A program made the translations under genes and the position numbers. From an uncultured Sphingobacteriales bacterium (GTDB taxonomy: Bacteria; Bacteroidota; Bacteroidia; Chitinophagales; Chitinophagaceae), in the NCBI GenBank assembly GCA_937991535.1, contig CALKHN010000013.1, forward strand, positions 1 through 64,000: 64,000 nt of DNA, in the 5' to 3' direction. The notes under the pieces are model-generated. The model saw only the letters and a list, made by a program, of their open reading frames with translations, had not been told where the DNA came from and did no database searches. Positions 27,182 through 37,611 of the stretch are shown here, in pieces. Numbering within the stretch: the first letter of the stretch is position 1; every line of letters begins with the position of its first letter.

Positions 27182-28501
27182 TTGCGCCATATGGAACATA
27201 CATCACAACAGCGGGAACAGGCATCGGAAACCATTGCGCCTCAGGAGCATTTTTCACAACTTGCAGAAACCTTAATAGGTTCAGAAATCGTTAAACTGGG
27301 AGGTGAAATACGGGAGAAAATAAAACAGGGAGAGAAAATATACAATTTTACGATTGGCGATTTTGATCCCGAAATTTTCCCTATCCCAAAAGAACTGGAA
27401 AATGAAATTATAGATGCCTACCGCAAACATTTTACCAATTACCCGGCGGCAGAAGGTAATTTTGATCTTCGCAAGGCTATAGCGGCTTTCCTGCATCAAA
27501 AAGAAGGATTGGTATACGATACCTCCGAAATATTAGTAGCATCCGGAGGGCGGCCGCTGATTTACGCTTTTTTTAGAACCATCGCCGATAAAGGCGATAA
27601 AATAATTTACGCCGTTCCTTCCTGGAACAACAATCATTATACTCATTTTGTTGAAGGCATTCATTGTGAAGTAGAAGCCAGCGCCGAAAATAATTTCATG
27701 CCAACGGCAGCAGATATTAGGCCCTATATTAAAGACGCTGTAATATTAGCTCTTTGCTCGCCCCAAAACCCAACCGGTACTACTTTCACTAAAGAAGCGC
27801 TGGAAGCCATTTGCGATATGGTGCTGGAAGAAAACAGGCGCCGTGGAGAAGGAGAAAAGAAATTGTATGTTTTATACGATCAAATGTACTGGCAGCTTAC
27901 TTATGGTGATATCCGGCATTACGATCCGGTATCGCTCCGCCCTCAAATGAAAGCCTATACGGTTTATATAGACGCCATAAGCAAATGCTTTGCCGCCACC
28001 GGCGTAAGAGTAGGGTGGGCCATGGGGCCCGGGGTGATCATGAATAAAATGAAAGCTATCCTTTCGCACGTAGGCGCCTGGGCTCCTATGGCCGAGCAAA
28101 AAGCCGTTGCACGGTTCTTATTGCAGTACGATGCAATAAATCATTACCTGCAACAGTTTAAGGATGGCATATCGTTACGGCTGAAAAAAATATTTGATGG
28201 TTTTATGCGGTTGAAAACAGAGGGATTGCCGGTAGATGCCATTGCCCCCCAGGCTGCCATTTACCTTACTGTTAGGGTAACGGCCAAGGGTATGAAAACG
28301 GCTTCGGGGCGCCTGCTTGAACAACAAAAAGACGTTACCAGCTACCTGCTCAATGAAGCAGCAATTGCTTTGGTGCCGTTCTATGCATTTGGCGCATCAA
28401 AAGATTCCAGTTGGTACCGGTTGAGTGTAGGGACATGTAAGAAAGAAGAAATTGATGCTATGATAGAATCGCTGGCCAATGCATTGCGTAAGTTACAATA
28501 G
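27182..28501 (+). CDS. Pyridoxal-phosphate-dependent aminotransferase (class I/II)
   Basis: Fold-type I aminotransferase pattern (SKCFAATGVRVGW lysine region). Confidence 0.8.
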   Translation: MRHMEHTSQQREQASETIAPQEHFSQLAETLIGSEIVKLGGEIREKIKQGEKIYNFTIGDFDPEIFPIPKELENEIIDAYRKHFTNYPAAEGNFDLRKAIAAFLHQKEGLVYDTSEILVASGGRPLIYAFFRTIADKGDKIIYAVPSWNNNHYTHFVEGIHCEVEASAENNFMPTAADIRPYIKDAVILALCSPQNPTGTTFTKEALEAICDMVLEENRRRGEGEKKLYVLYDQMYWQLTYGDIRHYDPVSLRPQMKAYTVYIDAISKCFAATGVRVGWAMGPGVIMNKMKAILSHVGAWAPMAEQKAVARFLLQYDAINHYLQQFKDGISLRLKKIFDGFMRLKTEGLPVDAIAPQAAIYLTVRVTAKGMKTASGRLLEQQKDVTSYLLNEAAIALVPFYAFGASKDSSWYRLSVGTCKKEEIDAMIESLANALRKLQ

Positions 28502-28543
28502 CGTTATTGTGAAACTATCCTTTTAAAAACCAAAAATAACTTT

Positions 28544-29251
28544 ATGAAAATATTGCTAACAATCGCGGCGTTCTGTTTACTTTCCGGCTGCGAAACAGCA
28601 CAGCAGGTATTAAGTGGTATGAATACCGGCTCAACGGGTTTAAGTTCTGCCGAAATAGCGTCAGGTTTAAAGGAGGCCCTGCGCATTGGCACTCAAAATG
28701 GCACTGGCAAACTTGCAGCCGCAGATGGATTTTTCAGCAATGCCGCTGTTAAGATACTGATGCCGGAAGAGGCTAAAAAAGTGGAAAGCACTTTAAGAAA
28801 CATCGGGCTGGGCAGCCTGGTAGATAAAGCAGTGCTTTCTATGAACAGAGCCGCTGAAGACGCTGCCAAATCTGCCACCCCTATTTTTGTGGATGCTATA
28901 AAAGCGATGACGATAACAGATGCGCTTGGCATATTAAAAGGCGGGGATTACGCCGCTACCAATTACTTTAAAGACAAAACCACGCTGCCATTAACCAACG
29001 CCTTTCGCCCTGTAATTGAAAAAGCGTTAACCAAAGTTGATGCTACCAAATACTGGAATGATGTATTTACCACCTATAATAAATTCGCTGCAAAACCAGT
29101 AAATACCGACCTTGCCGGTTATGTAACCGAAAGATCTTTAGCGGGTATTTTTTATGAAGTGGGGCAGGAAGAACTGAAGATCAGGAAAGACCCCGCGGCA
29201 AGAGTAACCGAACTCTTAAAAAAAGTTTTTGGCAGTGCCAGTCAGCAATAA
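28544..29251 (+). CDS. DUF4197 family lipoprotein
   Basis: Signal peptide + Cys lipobox. GLKEALRIGT motif recalled from DUF4197. Confidence 0.5.
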   Translation: MKILLTIAAFCLLSGCETAQQVLSGMNTGSTGLSSAEIASGLKEALRIGTQNGTGKLAAADGFFSNAAVKILMPEEAKKVESTLRNIGLGSLVDKAVLSMNRAAEDAAKSATPIFVDAIKAMTITDALGILKGGDYAATNYFKDKTTLPLTNAFRPVIEKALTKVDATKYWNDVFTTYNKFAAKPVNTDLAGYVTERSLAGIFYEVGQEELKIRKDPAARVTELLKKVFGSASQQ

Positions 29252-29397
29252 AAATAAAATTAAGCCGGATATCCCAGGGCTGAAACCATCCCGCTCTTGT
29301 TTTCATTTACGATTTTAGGAGAATGTTACCATAAGGAAAGCCGTTTGGAGGTACATTGTGCCGGTATAATCTTAATTTTGCTGTTATTTCAATAACC

Positions 29398-30435
29398 ATG
29401 AGTATAACAGCAGTTCCCACCCAGCCCACATTAACCGCTAAAGATTTTGCCACCGACCAGGAAGTAAGGTGGTGCCCGGGTTGCGGGGATTATTCCATAT
29501 TGGCACAGGTACAAAAAGTGATGCCTGGTATAGGTGTTCCCAAAGAAAACATTGTAATTATTTCCGGTATAGGCTGCTCCTCCCGGTTTCCCTATTATAT
29601 GAACACTTATGGAATGCATTCCATACATGGGAGAGCAACGGCCATTGCCTCTGGTTTAAAGGCTTCCAGGCCCGAACTGAGCGTATGGATTGTTGCGGGA
29701 GACGGGGATGCCTTAAGTATCGGTGGCAATCATACCATACATTTATTGCGGCGCAATTTTGATGTGAACATGTTATTGTTCAATAACCAGATATATGGCC
29801 TAACCAAAGGACAATATTCACCCACTTCAGAACAACAAAAAATCACCAAGTCTACCCCATTAGGAAGCATAGACCATCCTTTTAACCCGTTGGCGCTGGC
29901 TATGGGTGCAGATGCTACTTTTATTGCCCGCAGTATGGATCGCGATCCAAAGCATTTGCAGGAGATGCTGGTACGCAGCCACAGGCATAAAGGCGCGTCC
30001 TTTTTAGAAATATACCAGAACTGCAATATTTTCAATGACGGCGCTTTTGAGATGTTTACGGAAAAAAGTTCCAAGCCCGAACAGTCCCTTTTTTTAGAGC
30101 AGGGGAAACCGCTGGTATTTGGCGCTGCAAAAAATAAAGGTGTAAAGTTAGATGGCTTTAAGCCGGTAGTTGTGGAGTTGGGTAATGGGTTAAGTGAAAA
30201 TGATCTTTGGATACACGATGAAAATGATTTTTACAAAGCACAGATATTGGTAAGAATGTTTGATGATCCTGCTGTAGAAGGTCATTTACCGCGCCCCTTC
30301 GGTGTTTTTTATGAAACGACAAGGGACTGTTATGAAGATGTTATGGCCATGCAGATTGAAGAAGCCATAGCCACCAGGGGGGCAGGTGATTTAGATAAAT
30401 TATTAAGAGGTAAGGAAGTTTGGGAAATAGTTTGA
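29398..30435 (+). CDS. korB: 2-oxoacid:ferredoxin oxidoreductase subunit beta (KorB-like, TPP-binding)
   Basis: WCPGCGDY and GIGCSSR motifs. TPP-binding GDG. Confidence 0.85.
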   Translation: MSITAVPTQPTLTAKDFATDQEVRWCPGCGDYSILAQVQKVMPGIGVPKENIVIISGIGCSSRFPYYMNTYGMHSIHGRATAIASGLKASRPELSVWIVAGDGDALSIGGNHTIHLLRRNFDVNMLLFNNQIYGLTKGQYSPTSEQQKITKSTPLGSIDHPFNPLALAMGADATFIARSMDRDPKHLQEMLVRSHRHKGASFLEIYQNCNIFNDGAFEMFTEKSSKPEQSLFLEQGKPLVFGAAKNKGVKLDGFKPVVVELGNGLSENDLWIHDENDFYKAQILVRMFDDPAVEGHLPRPFGVFYETTRDCYEDVMAMQIEEAIATRGAGDLDKLLRGKEVWEIV

Positions 30436-30470
30436 AGCAATTCGGGTTTGAGCTAACTGCAATATCCAAC

Positions 30471-31607
30471 CTATTCCACTCCCGCATTACTTAATACTGC
30501 TGCAAGTTTCTTTTCCAGCGCATCTCCCCTTAAGTTCATGGCAATAATTTTTCCTTCGGGGTCTAACAACACGTTAAAAGGAATTCCTTCAATACCATAT
30601 AAAGGCACTACCATACTCTCCCATTCCCTTAAATCGCTCACATGCTGCCAGGTTAGCCCGTCTTTATAAATAGCATTTAACCATGCTGCTTTATCCTTAT
30701 CTAAAGACACGCCAAGAACAGTGAAATTTTTATCTTTATACGCATTAAATGCAGCTACCACAGCCGGGTTCTCTTTCCTGCAGGGTGCGCACCAGCTTGC
30801 CCAAAAATCCACCAGGGTGTATTTCCCCCTGAAAGATTGCAGCGAAACCGTTTGCCCCGCAGTATCCGGTAAACTAAATACCGGCGCGGTTTTGCCAATA
30901 GCCGGCATAGCCGTTTGCTTTGTAAGAAACCCGCTATAGGCTTCGGTTATCTTTTTTACTTCTTCATTATCTTTAAAGCGGCTGGACAGCCTGGTGACAA
31001 TCGGTTTTATTATTTCCGGATCTGTTTGTTTTTGCTGCAGGATGCCCAGTGCGTATAAGGCCACTGCCGGGGTCTTTGTTGTATCTGTATAATGCAACAG
31101 ATATTCCTGCGTTTCTTCTGTTTTTTTTTGTTCAGCCTGGCTCCATATATTTTTTATACTGTCTGTTTCACTGCGGATGCTATTGCTTCGCAGTGTGTCA
31201 ATAGCGGTTAAATAATTATTGAACGTAACGAGCAAAGTTTTAAGCGATGAGGAACCCGGGGAGGATGCGGAATATGCCGAAAAATTATTCCAGTCAGCAG
31301 CTATATCAATAACCGGTTCATCATTGATGAATAAGATATACCTGCCATCCGCTTCAAATTTCACACTGTAAATACCCTGTGCCTCTGTAAGTGTTTCAAA
31401 GCGGCAACTGCCATTTCCCGCATCCATAGTGGCAGTATCCAATACAACGGCTGATGATCCATAGGCTTTCGCGATAAGCGATACCACCTGCTTTTTCGGA
31501 TTGTTCTGTATGGTAACATTTACCTGTGTCAGTTCCTGTTTTTGGTTGCAGGCAATAAAAACAAAAGAGATAATAAATAAGCTGATTACCGGGGAACAGT
31601 ATTTCAT
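30471..31607 (-). CDS. TlpA-family thiol:disulfide oxidoreductase with N-terminal DUF4369-like domain
   Basis: WASWCAPCR thioredoxin motif and a signal peptide. Confidence 0.8.
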   Translation of the reverse strand: MKYCSPVISLFIISFVFIACNQKQELTQVNVTIQNNPKKQVVSLIAKAYGSSAVVLDTATMDAGNGSCRFETLTEAQGIYSVKFEADGRYILFINDEPVIDIAADWNNFSAYSASSPGSSSLKTLLVTFNNYLTAIDTLRSNSIRSETDSIKNIWSQAEQKKTEETQEYLLHYTDTTKTPAVALYALGILQQKQTDPEIIKPIVTRLSSRFKDNEEVKKITEAYSGFLTKQTAMPAIGKTAPVFSLPDTAGQTVSLQSFRGKYTLVDFWASWCAPCRKENPAVVAAFNAYKDKNFTVLGVSLDKDKAAWLNAIYKDGLTWQHVSDLREWESMVVPLYGIEGIPFNVLLDPEGKIIAMNLRGDALEKKLAAVLSNAGVE

Positions 31608-31708
31608 ATTCATAAAATCATTCGGCCGCAAAGATATTCAACATTCACCAGTATAAAAAAGGCGGCTGCATCTGCAACCGCCCGGGTAAAAACAATTGAA
31701 GTCTTTTG

Positions 31709-32731
31709 CTACAGATCAGTAGTTTCTAATTTCCTGGGAATTTTTATATCAATATTCACTGTTTCATTATTACGCAATACTTTAACCGGGTACGATGATT
31801 TGTCTTTAATATCAACCATTTTCTTTTTGGCCTCATCTGCATTTTTTATTTCGGTACCATCAATGGAGATAATGATGTCATCCTTTTTTATACCCGACTT
31901 TTCTGCAGCCGATGCCTCATTTACATCTATAACTTTTACGCCGTTACCTTTTTCGGTGTCCTGTATACGAATACCAAGCTGGGGCTTACTGTTAAACATA
32001 TCCCAATCGCCCTGCCAGTTTTGCGGTCCGCGAAATTTAAACTCCCTGATCATGTCGTCATTGAAGGAAGGTGCATTATAATGAAATGTTCGTGCGGACG
32101 GTTTATGCTCTCCTAACGCTATTTTAACCTTTTTATGTTTGTTATCACGGAGGTATTGGATCTGTACTTCGTCTCCGGGTTTTAAATCGCCAATAGCATC
32201 TGCCAGGGAAGAAGGATCTGCAATATCTTTATCTCCGGCTTTTGTTATAATATCTCCTTTGGCCAAGCCGGCTTTTTCTGCCGGACTATCATCCATTACC
32301 TGGTTAATTTTGGCCCCCTTTTCATCTTTTTCTGTATATACGCCAAGCATGGCCCGCGGTTCTGCATCCATCATTGCATCGCCGCCAGAGTATCCCCATG
32401 CCCCGGGTGGCGCCGGCGGGAAGGGTTTACGGGGCGCACGGAAATCCCTGGCTCCCCGATCTTCCCCATCAGGAGAAATAAAGAGATCTCTTTTCCTGAT
32501 AACAATGTCATCATCTTTGAATTCTGCTAATGGTTCGCCGTTTACAGTTACCTTCTCTCCATCTATTACAATAGTTATTTTCTCATTTTTATCACCCTTC
32601 TTTTTTATGATGATCTCCTCCTGCTTTTGCTTTTTATTTTTGGTATTCTGTGCGTTAGCTGAAACAGTGATCAGCATGAACGCACATACCAACGCCGTAA
32701 ACGCAGAACTCTTAAAGAATGCTGTTTTCAT
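31709..32731 (-). CDS. Secreted PDZ-domain protein (two PDZ domains)
   Basis: Signal peptide and two GLxxGDxI PDZ-like segments. Confidence 0.65.
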   Translation of the reverse strand: MKTAFFKSSAFTALVCAFMLITVSANAQNTKNKKQKQEEIIIKKKGDKNEKITIVIDGEKVTVNGEPLAEFKDDDIVIRKRDLFISPDGEDRGARDFRAPRKPFPPAPPGAWGYSGGDAMMDAEPRAMLGVYTEKDEKGAKINQVMDDSPAEKAGLAKGDIITKAGDKDIADPSSLADAIGDLKPGDEVQIQYLRDNKHKKVKIALGEHKPSARTFHYNAPSFNDDMIREFKFRGPQNWQGDWDMFNSKPQLGIRIQDTEKGNGVKVIDVNEASAAEKSGIKKDDIIISIDGTEIKNADEAKKKMVDIKDKSSYPVKVLRNNETVNIDIKIPRKLETTDL

Positions 32732-32829
32732 ATCATTTGATTTTAATTACGAAAGTATTAGTAGATCAAATGTAAAGCATTTATTTGAAATACGAAAGAC
32801 TTCGGAAATGTTAAAATTAATACTCCCTG

Positions 32830-33363
32830 CTAAGGTTTACTGATAAAATGTTGCAGCTTGACTGTATATTCTTTTCCTCTTTTATAAGCGAGGTAACCCG
32901 TACCTGATAACACCAACGACTGAATAATAAATACTACCCCTATGCCCACCCAAAATGCAGAACCTCCCGGTTGCATATTTACAAAAAATAGCCGGTTTGC
33001 CCAGATCAGCAATATACCGGCAGCCAGCAAAACAAATTCCAGCGCTAAAAAAACAGTTATGCCTTTTATTGCTTTTTTTATCCGTGGAAACTCTTCAGCC
33101 TTTAGTTTGCCAGGATTCATATCATACGCGTACACGGTATCAATGCGTTGCTTATCGCTTCGGGCATATATTGTATATCCCATGCCCATTTGAAGGGTAC
33201 CGAGAATAATCAATGACCACGCAGCGCCTTTGTATATAGGAAATTTTAAAAAAATAAAAAAAACAACCGCTATCAAAACGGCTGCAGCGCCCAGGATCAG
33301 GAATAACAGGGCTGCATTTTTTTCTGCAATAAAATATTGCTCAATATCTGCCTTCGTGAGCAT
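32830..33363 (-). CDS. Hypothetical membrane protein
   Basis: Four predicted TM helices. Start set at MLTKADIEQYF. Confidence 0.4.
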   Translation of the reverse strand: MLTKADIEQYFIAEKNAALLFLILGAAAVLIAVVFFIFLKFPIYKGAAWSLIILGTLQMGMGYTIYARSDKQRIDTVYAYDMNPGKLKAEEFPRIKKAIKGITVFLALEFVLLAAGILLIWANRLFFVNMQPGGSAFWVGIGVVFIIQSLVLSGTGYLAYKRGKEYTVKLQHFISKP

Positions 33364-33473
33364 ACAACACTTTTTAAGAACAATAAGATAATAATTGCGG
33401 GTATTGAATTTTAAAATTGGGCTGAACTGGCGATTCCGTCTACAAATTAATACATCGGCAATCAAAAATCATT

Positions 33474-34847
33474 TTATCGCAGTATCATTTTTATCATTTT
33501 TAGTTTTTCTTTAAAGGAGGGGTATTTTACTGAAGGATCAAACCATACAGGAGATTTTAATACCGCCTTGGGTCTTGTAAACAGTTCAAAACTGAATTTC
33601 CCATGGTAATATCCTATACCACTGTTGCCTGTGCCGCCAAAAGGAAGGTTGGGGTTAGAGAAATGCACAAGCGTATTATTAATACATCCGCCACCAAAAG
33701 AAACGGTATTGATCCAGGTATCCTCTTTCTTTTTATTTGCCGTAAAAAGATAAAGCGCCAGCGGGTTTGGATTAATTGCAATAACCGCTAAAGCCTCTTC
33801 CATTGTTTCAAAGGGAATAACGGGTAAAATAGGACCGAATATTTCTTCTTTCATCAATTCCGACTCTAATGAGATGCCATCCATAATAGTGGGCTGTAAA
33901 AACAAAGAAGCTTCTGCGTAACTGCCTCCGGCAACAATATTACCCTGCTGCAGATAATTTATTAATTTATCGAATCGTTTTTTGTTTATAATTTTTCCGT
34001 AATCGTAACTGTTGCCGGGGTCATCTCCATAAAAGTTTTTAATGCTCTTAATCAAAGCTTTCAGCAGCTTTTCTTTAACGGATGAGTGTACCAGCACATA
34101 ATCAGGTGCTATGCATATTTGTCCCGAATTGGTATATTTTCCTACCACTATGCGTTTTGCTGCAATATCAATATTGGCATCTGCTTCTACTATAGCGGGA
34201 TTTTTGCCGCCAAGCTCCAGGGTAACCGGAATGAGCTTTTGCGCGGCCAATTCATAAACAGCCTTGCCCACTCGGGGGCTGCCTGTAAAAAACACATGAT
34301 CAAAACGAAATGATTCCATCATTTCAGTTACTACCCGGGCGCCGTCTCCAGGTGCTACGTATACATATTCCGGGGGAAAACTGGCAGTGATTATTTTTTG
34401 AAGAATAGCCGCTGTGGCAGGAGCAAGCTCAGAAGGTTTTATTACTACACAGTTTCCCGCTGCAATGGCTCCCGCTGCTGCCATCAATGCAAGCTGCAAC
34501 GGAAAATTCCAGGGAGAAACAACCAATACAACGCCAAGTGAATCACGGTAAATGATACTGGATGATGCAAAGTTAAAAAGGTTGGTTGCAACAGGTTTTG
34601 GTTTCATCCATTGCCGCAAATTTTTAAGAATTGTTCTGATCTCAGCAAGCATGAGTCCAAACTCTGTTAAGTAAGCTTCTTCCCTGCTCTTTTTCAGATC
34701 AATATACAGCGCCTCATATATTTCTTCTTCGTAGTGTAAGAGCGCCTGCCTTAATTTTTTTAACTGTTGTTTTCTGAAATCATATGAACGCGTAGCTCCG
34801 CTGCGATAAAAGGCACGTATATTTTGCAAAACTACGGTGGCAACCAT
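33474..34847 (-). CDS. Aldehyde dehydrogenase family protein
   Basis: Catalytic LELGGK(N) and GQICIAPD cysteine motifs. Confidence 0.9.
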   Translation of the reverse strand: MVATVVLQNIRAFYRSGATRSYDFRKQQLKKLRQALLHYEEEIYEALYIDLKKSREEAYLTEFGLMLAEIRTILKNLRQWMKPKPVATNLFNFASSSIIYRDSLGVVLVVSPWNFPLQLALMAAAGAIAAGNCVVIKPSELAPATAAILQKIITASFPPEYVYVAPGDGARVVTEMMESFRFDHVFFTGSPRVGKAVYELAAQKLIPVTLELGGKNPAIVEADANIDIAAKRIVVGKYTNSGQICIAPDYVLVHSSVKEKLLKALIKSIKNFYGDDPGNSYDYGKIINKKRFDKLINYLQQGNIVAGGSYAEASLFLQPTIMDGISLESELMKEEIFGPILPVIPFETMEEALAVIAINPNPLALYLFTANKKKEDTWINTVSFGGGCINNTLVHFSNPNLPFGGTGNSGIGYYHGKFSFELFTRPKAVLKSPVWFDPSVKYPSFKEKLKMIKMILR

Positions 34848-34872
34848 GTAAAGGAGTTTAACGCCTGCACTG

Positions 34873-35862
34873 TTAGGCCAAATCTAATTTTGGTTTATTC
34901 TGTAATATTTTTTCTATTTTTTCAATGATCTCCGGAGTAAATTTTTCAACCACGGCAAGCGCTTTTAAATTCTCCTCGAGTTGCTGTTTTTTTGTTGCAC
35001 CCAGTATAGTTGTCGTAACGTTGGGGTTATTGATTGTCCATGCAATGGCAAGAGATGCCAGTGATACATTCATCTTCTTTGCGAGTTCGCCTAATTTTTT
35101 TACTTTTTTTATTTTATCATCCTGGATCCATCTTTCTTTCAACCAGTCAAAACCTTCCATAGCCAGCCTCGATCCGGCAGGAATACCTTCATTGTATTTA
35201 CCAGTTAAAAACCCCGCCGCCAGCGGGCTCCAGATAGTAGTTCCTAACCCAACGTTCTGGAAAACAGGTAAATAATCCTGTTCCATTTTAAAACGCTCAA
35301 ACATGTTATACTGGGGTTGTTCCATTGCCGGACCGATTAGCTTGTACTGCCCGGCTACACGATGTGCTTCCATAATTTCGGCGCCGCTCCACTGGCTGGT
35401 GCCCCAGTACAGAATTTTGCCCTGTTGAATTAAATGGTTCATTGTCCATACAACTTCCTCAATAGGCACGGTAGTATCGGGCCGGTGACAAAAATACAGA
35501 TCAAGATAATCAACCTGCAGCCGCTGCAAGGCTTCATTACAGGCTTCAACCAAGTGCTTGCGGCTCAACCCGGTTTGATTGGGTTTGTTGTTTTTTCCTC
35601 TCCAGCCAAAGTAAGCTTTGGAAGAGATAATGTATGAACTGCGATCCCAGTTTTTTCTTTTGAGCACCCTTCCCATTAATTTTTCGCTTTCACCCAAAGC
35701 ATATACTTCCGCATTGTCAAAAAAATTAATCCCATTGTCATAGGCAATGCCCATCAGTTCATCTGCCAAACCATCATCAACCTGTTTATGAAAAGTAACC
35801 CAACTGCCATAGGAAACTACGCTTAGCCGCAGCCCTGTATGCCCCATGTTGCGATAATCCAT
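34873..35862 (-). CDS. Aldo/keto reductase (Kv-beta-like)
   Basis: Typical MxYRNLGxTGLxxS N-terminus of Kvβ-type AKRs. Confidence 0.85.
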   Translation of the reverse strand: MDYRNMGHTGLRLSVVSYGSWVTFHKQVDDGLADELMGIAYDNGINFFDNAEVYALGESEKLMGRVLKRKNWDRSSYIISSKAYFGWRGKNNKPNQTGLSRKHLVEACNEALQRLQVDYLDLYFCHRPDTTVPIEEVVWTMNHLIQQGKILYWGTSQWSGAEIMEAHRVAGQYKLIGPAMEQPQYNMFERFKMEQDYLPVFQNVGLGTTIWSPLAAGFLTGKYNEGIPAGSRLAMEGFDWLKERWIQDDKIKKVKKLGELAKKMNVSLASLAIAWTINNPNVTTTILGATKKQQLEENLKALAVVEKFTPEIIEKIEKILQNKPKLDLA

Positions 35863-36038
35863 TCTTAAAAAATTAATAATCAATAATATAAAAGGACGTT
35901 CAAATTTAAGCGTTTCTTATTTAGAAAGCATATCGCCGGGGCTGGCAATAACCACTTATTTCAAAGTTTTTTCCTTTTCTTTGTAAGGAACGGTGCTGTA
36001 TATGGAGCAAAAAAATTATTTTAGCAATTAATTGAGGT

Positions 36039-36827
36039 ATGAACAGGATGAGTTACGAAATTAAACAAGATGGTAAATTCAAATATATTGAGGAAGGCAG
36101 CGGTGAAACATTGATTTTACTCCATGGCCTTTTTGGGGCACTGAGTAATTTTGGAGACCTTATTGAATATTTCCGCCGTCAGTATAAAGTAGTGGTACCC
36201 ATGCTTCCGTTGCTGGAGCTTGATCTGCTGCACACTTCTGTTGGCGGAATTGAAAAGTTTGTTCATAAGTTTATAGAATATAAATCGTATTCAAATATTC
36301 ACCTTTTGGGTAACTCCCTGGGAGGGCATGTGGCTTTGCTTTATGTTTTGAAACATCCCGAAAACATTAAATCACTTATACTTACAGGCAGTTCGGGATT
36401 ATTTGAAAGCGGGATGGGAGACACTTATCCCAAACGGGGCGACTATGAGTACATCAGAACCAAAACAGAACTCACTTTTTATGATCCCAAAATGGCTACT
36501 AAAGAGTTGGTAGATGAAGTATTTGAAATTACTTCCAACAGGTTAAAAGTGATAAAGATTATTGCATTGGCTAAAAGTGCCATTCGCAACAATCTTGGTG
36601 AAGAACTGAATGAAATTAAACAACCTACTTTACTGGTTTGGGGAAACAATGATACCATTACCCCACCTTTTGTTGGCAGAGAATTTAACCGCCTTATTCC
36701 AAACAGTGAATTGCATTTTATTGACAAGTGCGGGCATGCTCCTATGATGGAGGTAGCCGATGAGTTTAACAAAATTTTGCACCAGTTTCTCACAAAATTG
36801 AACGAACCTGCAGCGGTAACCGGTTAA
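36039..36827 (+). CDS. Alpha/beta hydrolase
   Basis: HGLFG oxyanion motif. GNSLGG nucleophile elbow. Confidence 0.8.
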   Translation: MNRMSYEIKQDGKFKYIEEGSGETLILLHGLFGALSNFGDLIEYFRRQYKVVVPMLPLLELDLLHTSVGGIEKFVHKFIEYKSYSNIHLLGNSLGGHVALLYVLKHPENIKSLILTGSSGLFESGMGDTYPKRGDYEYIRTKTELTFYDPKMATKELVDEVFEITSNRLKVIKIIALAKSAIRNNLGEELNEIKQPTLLVWGNNDTITPPFVGREFNRLIPNSELHFIDKCGHAPMMEVADEFNKILHQFLTKLNEPAAVTG

Positions 36828-36862
36828 TTTGCATCTATACAGAATAAGAAAATTTACTTCTT

Positions 36863-37522
36863 ATGTTTGCAGGAGAACTTATATCACAGAACATTCCCAT
36901 TTTGCATTTGAACGACAGTGCGGGTAAAGCACTACGGGAGATGAATGATTTTCATGTCTCTCATCTCCCTGTTGCAGATGAAGATAAATACCTGGGCCTG
37001 ATAAGCGAAGATAGTTTATTGGACAATGATGAAAACACCACAATGGGAAGTATGCAAGGTATTTTTACCACGCCTTTTGTACGCGAGAACGACTTTTTTT
37101 TACTGGCAGTAAAACGTGCAAAGGACCTTCATTTATCTGTAGTACCGGTAATAACTGAACAGTATGAATTATTGGGCGCAATTGGCGAAGACGACTTGTT
37201 CAGGCATTTGGCTGTTTTTACCGGAATTGAAGAACAGGGTGGTATTATTATCCTTGAAATGGAGAAGAATGATTTTTCGGCAGGAGAATTAAACCGGCTA
37301 ATTGAATCGAACGATGCTTACATTACACAATTCAATAGTTTTTTCGATACAACTTCCCAACTCCTTACCATCACCATCCGCATCAATAAAGCCGAGATAT
37401 CCGATATTGTTGCAACCCTTCAACGTCATGAATACCATATAAAATTTTATTATGGCAAAGAATTGTACCAGAATGAATTGCAGAATAATTTTGTTCATTT
37501 AATGAATTATCTTAATATTTAA
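36863..37522 (+). CDS. CBS domain-containing protein
   Basis: Tandem CBS-like segments. Confidence 0.7.
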   Translation: MFAGELISQNIPILHLNDSAGKALREMNDFHVSHLPVADEDKYLGLISEDSLLDNDENTTMGSMQGIFTTPFVRENDFFLLAVKRAKDLHLSVVPVITEQYELLGAIGEDDLFRHLAVFTGIEEQGGIIILEMEKNDFSAGELNRLIESNDAYITQFNSFFDTTSQLLTITIRINKAEISDIVATLQRHEYHIKFYYGKELYQNELQNNFVHLMNYLNI

Positions 37523-37611
37523 TTTGTTAGTAGCTATTTAACAAATAAAAATTCTGTAATAATCCTATTTTAGTTCTTTGTCCACAAAAACAATATACAT
37601 CAATAGAGCGG

